A stretch of DNA of 32,000 bases from Clostridium disporicum. Lineage in GTDB: Bacteria; Bacillota; Clostridia; Clostridiales; Clostridiaceae. The notes beneath the pieces are model-generated. The model had not been told where the DNA came from. It made no database searches and was given only the letters and a program-made list of their open reading frames with translations. Below are positions 24,880 to 32,000 of this stretch, piece after piece; positions within the stretch are counted from its first letter, which is position 1, and the number at the start of each line of letters is the position of its first letter. The stretch covers positions 58,133-90,132 of the forward strand of contig NZ_CYZX01000008.1 of NCBI RefSeq assembly GCF_001405015.1, read 5' to 3'. The translations under genes were made by a program, and so were the position numbers.

Positions 24880-25237
24880 TTACTATCCCCCCAATTTAAT
24901 TAATAGTTAATAGTTAAGATTTAGTAGTTATTAGCTTTTATAAAACCGTTCCTTATTTTTATTAATAGTGTAAAATAACAAATTAAAAGTTATGAATAAA
25001 ACTATTCCGTAATTTTTATATTATGTTTTAAATTCAGTTCAGCTGAATTTAAACCTTAACTTTTTACTTTTAATTATTAATTTTATAAACGCGTGGAACT
25101 GTTTATTTTTCACTTCTTAACTTTTCTCTTTTAACTGTTAACTATTTAAAATATATGCCTTGCAACGTCTATTTATTAGTGATAGGATAAAGATAAATAC
25201 TATATTAGTTTTACTTTAAATATAAGGAGATGTACCG

Positions 25238-25423
25238 ATGAAAGAATCAAACTTAAAATTAGCTCAAAGAGACATAGAGGAAGCATTAAAAACGGTTGAA
25301 GAAATGGAAGAATTCGTTGATACAATAGATGCCCCAAAAGAAGTTTTAAAGGAAAAATTCTATACTTTAACTCAAAAGGTACAACAATTAGAAGATATAT
25401 TAAAAAATGAAGGAATATTATAA
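25238..25423 (+). CDS. small acidic coiled-coil protein (61 aa), unknown function
   Basis: SD AAGGAGA 7 nt upstream and its own terminator downstream. The overlapping minus-strand ORF 25200-25466 is low-complexity and rejected. Confidence 0.6.
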   Translation: MKESNLKLAQRDIEEALKTVEEMEEFVDTIDAPKEVLKEKFYTLTQKVQQLEDILKNEGIL

Positions 25424-25450
25424 AATAACATATTTTATTCAAAATAAAAA

Positions 25451-25478
25451 AAGATAGCTTACCCATAGCTATCTTTTT
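25451..25478 (+). terminator. intrinsic terminator of the 61-aa ORF
   Basis: aagatagct-7 nt-agctatctt, followed by a T run. Confidence 0.75.
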
Positions 25479-25640
25479 ATTATCTTGTTTACTAAATTAT
25501 TATTACACCCATTTAACTTATACTCTCATAAAATAACACATACATAGTTGAATTTTTTAACCCATTTTATTTTATTTAGTAAACGTTCTCAACATTATGT
25601 ATATAGTTTACCATATTTTCTTTATTATTACAATCTTTAT

Positions 25641-25675
25641 AAATAAAAAAAATAAGTCGTATAAAACGACTTATT
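25641..25675 (-). terminator. intrinsic terminator of the ccpA-like gene (overlaps its stop codon)
   Basis: Minus strand: aataagtcgt-5 nt-acgacttatt, followed by ttttttattt. Confidence 0.75.
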
Positions 25676-26669
25676 TACAACTTTCTCTTTGTATTAACTT
25701 ATAATCTAATACATATTGACCTTCTTCTAAAGGTTTATTATTTAAGATTTTAATTAACATTCTCATAGCTACAGATCCCATATCATAACTTGGTTGATTT
25801 ACTGTAGTTAATCTTGGATAGAAATATGATGCTACAGCGTTATTATTAAATCCTATAACACTAACGTCATCTGGAGTATTAATTCCCTTTTCTCTTAATC
25901 CATTTATAACTCCCATAGCTATTTCATCTGATGCACATACAACCCCTTCAAATTTTTTAGAAAGGCTTAAGAATTTTTCCGCAGCATCACTACCTGTCTT
26001 GTATTTAAGATTTTGAAGGTATACTAAATCTTCATCAACTTCTAATCCAGCTTCTTTTAAAGCTTTTTCGTATCCTAAGAATCTATCTCCCCAAGCATTA
26101 GCTACCTCTTTCTTTACTCCTACAAAGGCAATATTTTTTATTCCTTTTTCAAGTAAATGCTTAGTTGCTTCATATGAAGCCTCTATGTTATCTATAGTTA
26201 CGCTTGGTAATCTTCCTTCTCTGTCTTTTGTTTCAACTAAAACAGTTTTTAAATCTAAATCATTAATAATATCTAGAGATTCTTCTTGTAATGAAGAGCT
26301 CATGTAGATAACTCCATCTACCATTTTCTCTTTCAATACTCTTAAGTAATCTTTTTCTTTATCGTAGTCAAAGTCTGAGTTACATAATATAACGTTATAA
26401 TCATATATATTAGCAACATCTTCTGCTCCTCTAACTATTTCAGGATAAAATCCACTTGATATATCTGGAACTAATATTCCTATTGTCTTCGTTCTTTGAG
26501 TCTTTAAGCTTCTAGCTACGATATTTGGTCTGTATCCTAATTTTTTTATTGCATCCAATACCTTTTTCTTTGTATCTTCATTTACAACATCTATATCATT
26601 AAGTACTCTAGAAACCGTAGCTATTGAAACGCCCGCTTCTCTTGCAACATCTTTAATAGAAGTAGCCAT
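25671..26669 (-). CDS. ccpA: LacI family regulator, probable catabolite control protein A
   Basis: HTH IKDVAREAGVSIATVSRVLN, plus PDISSGFYPEIVRGAEDVANIYDYNVILCNSD, which closely parallels the B. subtilis CcpA core. Confidence 0.72.
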   Translation of the reverse strand: MATSIKDVAREAGVSIATVSRVLNDIDVVNEDTKKKVLDAIKKLGYRPNIVARSLKTQRTKTIGILVPDISSGFYPEIVRGAEDVANIYDYNVILCNSDFDYDKEKDYLRVLKEKMVDGVIYMSSSLQEESLDIINDLDLKTVLVETKDREGRLPSVTIDNIEASYEATKHLLEKGIKNIAFVGVKKEVANAWGDRFLGYEKALKEAGLEVDEDLVYLQNLKYKTGSDAAEKFLSLSKKFEGVVCASDEIAMGVINGLREKGINTPDDVSVIGFNNNAVASYFYPRLTTVNQPSYDMGSVAMRMLIKILNNKPLEEGQYVLDYKLIQRESCK

Positions 26670-26802
26670 GTCAACATCACTCCATTTTTTTCATTTTAAT
26701 TATTAATTATACCGTTTTTTCATTAGTTGTACAAGAACATATAAGTATTTTATTAATATAATATAATTTTGAACTAATTTATCTATCTTTATATATTCTT
26801 TC

Positions 26803-26838
26803 AAAAAAAGAAGGGAATTATGAGTTAATTCCCTTCTT
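26803..26838 (-). terminator. intrinsic terminator of ileS
   Basis: Minus strand: agaagggaatt-7 nt-aattcccttct, followed by T7. Confidence 0.85.
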
Positions 26839-26856
26839 TACCATAATATTTTTAAA

Positions 26857-29800
26857 TTATTTAACTACTTCTACTGTCATATTTAATTTTTCACCATTAA
26901 TAACAGTTTCAGTATAATCATAATCTCCATTAAATACTATTTCTTGAGTTAAAGTTTCTTTCTTTATAGTATCAGCAAACTTTTTGATAACGCCTTCTAG
27001 CATTTCATTTCCTGCTACATATAAATTAATCTTATCTGCAACTTCAAATCCTTTATCTTTTCTCATATTTTGAATCTTAGAAATCATTTCTCTTACGTGA
27101 CCTTCTTCTCTAAGTTCTTCTGAAATATGAGTATCAAGAACAACACCTATTGAACCTTCACCAGCAAATGCATATCCTTCTAAACCTTGCATTGTAACTA
27201 ATAAGTTTTCCTTATTAAGTTCAATTTCAGTTCCATCAACATTTATAGTTACTGTTTCCCCATTTTGGATAGCTTGAGCTAATTCCATTTGGTTTCTAGC
27301 AGCTATTTCTTTTCTGATTCCAGGTATCATCTTACCATAAGCTCTTCCTAATACAGGTAGGTTTGGCTTGATTTCAAAGTTAACATATTTAGAAAGGTCA
27401 GCACCAAATTCTACTTCTTTGATATTTAACTCATCAGTTATGATATCTCCGTAGTATTCTGGAAGTGAATCTGTTGAAATAAGCATCTTAGAAAGTGGCT
27501 GTCTATTCTTAATGTTAGCACCATTTCTTGCACTTCTTCCAAGCTTAACGATTGTGTAAGCTAAATCCATTTCCTTTTCTAAATCTTTATTTATAGCACT
27601 TTCATCAACTTGTGGCCATGAACATAAGTGAATGCTTTCTGGAGCATTATTGTCTAATCCAGTTACTAAGTTTTGATAAATTTCTTCTGTTATAAATGGT
27701 ACGAATGGAGCTGCAACCTTTATTAAAGTAGTTAATACTCTGTATAAAGTTACATAAGCACCAATCTTATCATCAGTTAATTCTTGAGACCAGTATCTTC
27801 CTCTATTTCTTCTTACATACCAGTTTGATAACTCATCTGTGAAATCTTCAATAGCTAAAGCAGCTTGAGTTATTTGGTATGAATCTAACATAGAGTCAAC
27901 GTCCTTAACTAATGTGTTAAGCTTAGACATAATCCATTTATCCATAACATTTTCTGATACGAAATCAGCATAGTTAAGCGGATTGAATTGGTCTAATTCA
28001 GCATATAGAACGTAGAATGAGTAAACATTCCATAATGTTCCCATGAACTTTCTTCCTGCTTCACCAACATCATCAACTGAGAATCTTGTTGGTAACCATG
28101 GAGCACTTGCAGTGTAGAAATGCCATCTTGTAGCATCAGCACCTTGAGAATCTAATACTGTGAATGGATCTACAACATTACCCTTAGATTTTGACATCTT
28201 TAAGCCCTTCTTATCTAGAACGTGACCTAAGACTATACAGTTTTCAAATGGATTTCTATCAAATATAGCAGTTGAAATTGCTAATAATGTGTAGAACCAT
28301 CCTCTTGTTTGGTCAACAGCTTCTGATATAAATTGAGCTGGGAAGTTTTCCTCGAATAATTCCTTATTTTCAAATGGGTAGTGTAATTGTGCAAATGGCA
28401 TTGAACCTGAGTCAAACCAACAGTCAATAACTTCGTTAGTTCTTGTCATTTCTTTTCCACACTTTTCACACTTTAAGTGAACATTGTCTATATAAGGTTT
28501 GTGTAATTCGATATCTTCTGGAACATTTATTCCCTTTTCTCTTAATTCTTCGATGCTTCCGATACATTCTTTATGTCCGCATTCACATCCCCAAATTGGA
28601 AGTGGAGTTCCCCAATATCTATCTCTTGAAATACCCCAGTCGATAACATTTTCTAAGAACTTACCAAATCTACCTGTTCTTATGTTATCTGGGTACCAGT
28701 TAATCTTATTATTGTTTTCTAAAAGCTTATCTCTTAGAGTTGTCATTGCAACAAACCAGCTTTCCTTTGGATAGTAAAGAAGTGGTGTGTCACATCTCCA
28801 ACAATGTGGATATGAGTGAAGGTGTCTTTCTGATTTAAATAACTTGTTGTTTTCTTCAAGCCATTTACAGATGCTTTCATCACATTTCTTAACGAATTTT
28901 CCTGCCCATGGAGTAACTTCTTCTACGAATCTACCTTCTCTGTCAACTAAGTTAATGAAAGTGATTCCATTAGCTTTAGCTACTAAGCTGTCATCTTCAC
29001 CGTAAGCTGGAGCTATATGAACTATACCAGTACCATCTGATAAAGTAACGTAATCACCGTGAATTACTTCAAATGCTTTACCTTCAACTTTACCGAAAGG
29101 CATTAATTGTTCATACTTAGTTCCTAAAAGTTCAGTTCCAGGGAATTCTCTAACTATTTCATAATCTTCGCCTAAAACTTTCGCTGCTAAATCTTTAGCT
29201 AATATTAATGTTTCTTCTCCAACTTTTGCTTCTACATAAGTGTATGCTTTGTTTATACATAAAGCTAAGTTTGAAGGTAATGTCCAAGGAGTTGTTGTCC
29301 AAGCTAAGATATACTTATTCTCTTCTCCTTCAACTTTAAATTTAGCTATACAAGTTAAGTCCTTAACGTCTTTATATCCTTGAGCAACTTCGTGAGATGA
29401 TAATGCAGTTCCACATCTTGGGCAGTATGGCATTACTTTGTGTCCTTCATATAAAAGACCTTTATCCCACATTTGTTTTAATGCCCACCAAACTGATTCG
29501 ATGTATGGGTTATGATAAGTTACATATGGATTTTCCATATCAACCCAATAACCGATTTGGTTAGTCATCTTTTCCCACATACTTACGTAAGTAAATACGC
29601 TTTCTTTACATTCTTTAACGAATTTTTCAACTCCGTACTCTTCTATTTGTTCTTTACCTGAAATTCCAAGCTTCTTTTCGATTTCAAGTTCAACTGGAAG
29701 TCCGTGAGTATCCCAACCAGCTTTTCTTATAACCTTATATCCCTTCATAACCTTGTATCTTGGGATTATATCCTTCATAACTCTTGTTAAAACGTGTCCT

Positions 29801-29967
29801 ACGTGAGGTCTACCGTTTGCTGTTGGAGGTCCATCATAGAAAGTGAAATATTCACCATCTTGGTTCATATCAAAATTCTTTTTTATGACATTTCTTGCAG
29901 TCCAAAGATTTGCAACTTCTTTTTCTAAGCCAACAAAACCATTTGGAAGTTCTACTTTTTTGTACAT
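26857..29967 (-). CDS. ileS: isoleucine--tRNA ligase (type 2, about 1036 aa)
   Basis: [12 protein letters not shown] (HIGH), KMSKSKGN, editing-domain WTTTPWTLP, and Cys clusters. Preceded by an Ile T-box. Confidence 0.97.
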   Translation of the reverse strand: MYKKVELPNGFVGLEKEVANLWTARNVIKKNFDMNQDGEYFTFYDGPPTANGRPHVGHVLTRVMKDIIPRYKVMKGYKVIRKAGWDTHGLPVELEIEKKLGISGKEQIEEYGVEKFVKECKESVFTYVSMWEKMTNQIGYWVDMENPYVTYHNPYIESVWWALKQMWDKGLLYEGHKVMPYCPRCGTALSSHEVAQGYKDVKDLTCIAKFKVEGEENKYILAWTTTPWTLPSNLALCINKAYTYVEAKVGEETLILAKDLAAKVLGEDYEIVREFPGTELLGTKYEQLMPFGKVEGKAFEVIHGDYVTLSDGTGIVHIAPAYGEDDSLVAKANGITFINLVDREGRFVEEVTPWAGKFVKKCDESICKWLEENNKLFKSERHLHSYPHCWRCDTPLLYYPKESWFVAMTTLRDKLLENNNKINWYPDNIRTGRFGKFLENVIDWGISRDRYWGTPLPIWGCECGHKECIGSIEELREKGINVPEDIELHKPYIDNVHLKCEKCGKEMTRTNEVIDCWFDSGSMPFAQLHYPFENKELFEENFPAQFISEAVDQTRGWFYTLLAISTAIFDRNPFENCIVLGHVLDKKGLKMSKSKGNVVDPFTVLDSQGADATRWHFYTASAPWLPTRFSVDDVGEAGRKFMGTLWNVYSFYVLYAELDQFNPLNYADFVSENVMDKWIMSKLNTLVKDVDSMLDSYQITQAALAIEDFTDELSNWYVRRNRGRYWSQELTDDKIGAYVTLYRVLTTLIKVAAPFVPFITEEIYQNLVTGLDNNAPESIHLCSWPQVDESAINKDLEKEMDLAYTIVKLGRSARNGANIKNRQPLSKMLISTDSLPEYYGDIITDELNIKEVEFGADLSKYVNFEIKPNLPVLGRAYGKMIPGIRKEIAARNQMELAQAIQNGETVTINVDGTEIELNKENLLVTMQGLEGYAFAGEGSIGVVLDTHISEELREEGHVREMISKIQNMRKDKGFEVADKINLYVAGNEMLEGVIKKFADTIKKETLTQEIVFNGDYDYTETVINGEKLNMTVEVVK

Positions 29968-30118
29968 ATTGCTTCTCCCTTCTCTTAATGTAATTACTTA
30001 TTTTGCTTTAAATTGAAATAATAAATATTTTTACATTATCCTTAGTATCAACATCTTTAGTATCAACCTTTAAATAAGAAAAATTACTTAAATTAAATAT
30101 ATATAATTTTTATATAAT

Positions 30119-30380
30119 AAAAAAACTCCATCCAAAAGGACGAAGTGTTATTCGCTATACCACCTATGGTTATTAAGCTCACATTATATATAAAACGAGC
30201 CATATCTTCAGATACTATCATATCCTATCCTTTAACGCAGGATTACGGGATAGCTTAATTGTCAAACTTTCAGCCTCCAACTCATAGGTGATTTTCTTAA
30301 AGCATTTCTATGATTTCACACCAACCAATCACTCTCTTAAAGAAAAAACTTAAATACTTTTCCTAATCATAGTTTTTAAC
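30119..30380 (-). promoter_or_regulatory. T-box leader, isoleucine specifier (AUC)
   Basis: Minus strand has AAGAGAGTG...GGTGTGAAA, specifier loop aagaaaATCacc (ATC at 30290-30292), T-box GGTGGTATAGCG (30153-30164), and a terminator hairpin followed by a T run. Confidence 0.9.
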
Positions 30381-30386
30381 GGTTCT

Positions 30387-30415
30387 ATTATATATTATGA
30401 AAAGTTCATTGTCAA
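30387..30415 (-). promoter_or_regulatory. promoter of the T-box-ileS unit
   Basis: Minus strand: TTGACA-17 nt-TATAAT (consensus). Confidence 0.7.
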
Positions 30416-30514
30416 TTACATCCAAAAACTGTTTTATTTTATAATATTAGTTTTAATAAAATACTTTACTATCAAAAGACGAATAATAATAGCATACTTA
30501 GTATAAAGTTTGCA

Positions 30515-30531
30515 TTAATAATCATTATTAA
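30515..30531 (+). promoter_or_regulatory. Fur-family-like operator (perfect 8-1-8 palindrome)
   Basis: TTAATAAT-C-ATTATTAA. Each half matches 6 of 7 positions of the TGATAAT half-site. It ends 6 nt before the -35 of the BFD-like gene promoter. Confidence 0.35.
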
Positions 30532-30537
30532 TTAATA

Positions 30538-30566
30538 TTGACTTTTGTTTTTTCTATTATTATAAT
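30538..30566 (+). promoter_or_regulatory. promoter of the BFD-like gene
   Basis: TTGACT-17 nt-TATAAT. Confidence 0.6.
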
Positions 30567-30632
30567 TAAATCATAGATTATTATATTAGTTCTCTAATAA
30601 GATGGTTCTTAATATTTAGGAGTGGATACACT

Positions 30633-30854
30633 ATGGAAAACAATAATTTAAATCAAGAGATTCTTGATAAGATAACTAAGGTTTGTGTATGTAAAGCTAT
30701 TTCTAGAGCAACAATTAAAGACGTAATAGCTAAAGGAGCTCATACTGTTGATGATGTTGTAAAAGTAACTGGTGCTTGTACTGGTGGCTGCAAAGGCTTT
30801 AGATGCAAAGATAAAATTCAAACTTTAATAAACGATCATTTAAATAGTAATTAA
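30633..30854 (+). CDS. BFD-like (2Fe-2S)-binding domain protein
   Basis: VCVCKAISRATIKDVI...VTGACTGGCKGFRC is the typical BFD-like [2Fe-2S] Cys pattern. Confidence 0.8.
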   Translation: MENNNLNQEILDKITKVCVCKAISRATIKDVIAKGAHTVDDVVKVTGACTGGCKGFRCKDKIQTLINDHLNSN

Positions 30855-30889
30855 CATTAACTTTAATATACATATCCCCAAATATGTAG

Positions 30890-30924
30890 AATATCCTATA
30901 ATTTATATTGTAGGATATTTTTTT
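30890..30924 (+). terminator. intrinsic terminator of the BFD-like gene
   Basis: aatatccta-12 nt-taggatatt, followed by a T run. Confidence 0.7.
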
Positions 30925-31045
30925 GCAACTAAAATGAACTAGCAATATAAAATATTACTAGTTCATCTACAGTAGCATAGGTATTGAGTTATCTTTACCC
31001 ATCCTTGCTACATTAATAGTATGTGATTTTTTCTTTTAATTATAC

Positions 31046-31140
31046 ATAAGTGAAGTCTAAGTTTTCGATTCACTCATACAAACTTGACTAAAAGTCCAAA
31101 TTTTAATTTGGTTACTTGAAGTTACACTGTAAGTGTACAT
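31046..31140 (+). repeat. dispersed hairpin repeat family, copy B (inverted relative to copy A)
   Basis: The reverse complement reads tacacttacagtgtaacttcaag...cttttagtcaag, versus tacacttatagtgtaacttcaag...cttttagtcaaa at 17648-17700. Confidence 0.75.
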
Positions 31141-31170
31141 CTACTAAATATATATTGGTAGTATTTTTCA

Positions 31171-32000
31171 CTACTTATTATTTTTCTGTTCTTCTATTTT
31201 TTGAGCTAAATCATTTAAATATTCCCATCTTTCATATTTATGTTCTAATTCAGCTTCAACCTCTTCTTTTTCCTTCATCAATTCTTGAAGTTTTCCAAAA
31301 TCTCTAGAGTTTTTTTCCATTAATATATCTATTTCAGATATTTTATTTTCTAAGTTTTCTATATCTTCATCAATAGTTTCAAATTCTCTTTCTTCTTTAT
31401 AAGTAAATTTTAACTTTTTCTCTTTTACTCTTTCTTTTTTCTCAGATAAATCTTTAGGCTTCTCTGAAGCTTTTTCTTGTTTATTTATAGCTTCCTCATA
31501 TTCTTTAGTTAATAGGTAATCGCTATAGTTTCCTGTGTATATTCTTATATTACCATTACCTTCATAAGCAAAAATTTTATTACATATTCTATCTAAGAAA
31601 TATCTATCATGGGATACAGTTATAACTACTCCACCGAAGTCATCAAGATAATCTTCTAATCTCTTAAGAGTTTCTATATCTAAATCGTTAGTAGGCTCAT
31701 CTAATAAAAGTACATTAGGGGAATCCATAAGAACTCTTAAAAGATGAAGTCTTCTTCTTTCTCCACCTGATAACTTTCCAATTGGAGTCCATTGTAAAGT
31801 TCCATCAAATAAGAACTTTTCACACATTTGAGATGCAGTTATTCTTTCTCCTGTAGCTGTTTGTAAATACTCTGCTACTTCTTTTATATACTCAATAGCT
31901 CTCATATCTGGATTCATGTGCTCATCATCTTGAGAGAAGCAAGCTATTCTAACTGTTTCCCCTTTTACGATTTCTCCACTATCAGGTTTTAATTTCTCTT
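31171..32000 (-). CDS. ABC-F family ATPase, C-terminal part (second ABC domain plus coiled-coil tail); 5' end outside window
   Basis: The frame stays open beyond M at 31917 to the window edge (...GEIVKGETVRIACFSQDDEH-M...). LSGGERRRLHLL signature, Walker B LLLDEPTNDLD, and a Uup-like K/E-rich C-terminal coiled coil. Confidence 0.9.
   Translation of the reverse strand, partial: EKLKPDSGEIVKGETVRIACFSQDDEHMNPDMRAIEYIKEVAEYLQTATGERITASQMCEKFLFDGTLQWTPIGKLSGGERRRLHLLRVLMDSPNVLLLDEPTNDLDIETLKRLEDYLDDFGGVVITVSHDRYFLDRICNKIFAYEGNGNIRIYTGNYSDYLLTKEYEEAINKQEKASEKPKDLSEKKERVKEKKLKFTYKEEREFETIDEDIENLENKISEIDILMEKNSRDFGKLQELMKEKEEVEAELEHKYERWEYLNDLAQKIEEQKNNK

Noticed and set aside
25200-25466. 88-aa minus-strand ORF.
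   Set aside because: Low-complexity L/F/I translation, antisense to a better-supported 61-aa ORF that has an SD and a terminator.

Overview
Strongly AT-rich, Clostridium-like Firmicute chromosomal window. It is mostly housekeeping genes, and almost all lie on the minus strand. Order: asnS (3' part), nrdG and nrdD (anaerobic RNR), degV-padR, a TPP riboswitch with thiT, ferredoxin, Mrp/ApbC ATPase, a lipoprotein, and a 400+ aa protein with a highly charged repeat linker. Next comes the conserved Firmicute block ksgA(rsmA)-rnmV-yabE-like-tatD ... metG (Met T-box). Then a lysine riboswitch with an NhaC-family permease, pepP, spmB/spmA, a small coiled-coil ORF, a CcpA-like LacI regulator, ileS (Ile T-box), a BFD-like [2Fe-2S] protein and the 3' part of an ABC-F ATPase. 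No tRNA or rRNA genes, CRISPR array or transposase genes were seen. The unusual part is about 4.2 kb inserted between tatD and metG, which are adjacent in Bacillus subtilis (13678-17873). This insert has four parts. (i) Eleven copies of the 8-mer GGAACAAG/CTTGTTCC in both orientations, around a perfect 29-nt alternating pyrimidine-purine tract. (ii) A three-gene ECF sigma operon with a GAAC-N16-CGTCT promoter. (iii) A truncated MetRS paralog that lacks the zinc-knuckle insertion and has degenerate HIGH/KMSKS motifs. (iv) 2.4 tandem copies of a 69-70 bp hairpin-bearing repeat starting 4 nt after the metG stop. That repeat belongs to a dispersed family with two more copies in the window. Several ORF-track starts are alternative codons that overlap the Shine-Dalgarno sequence and were moved to better-supported starts. 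All calls come from reading the sequence; no database searches were run.
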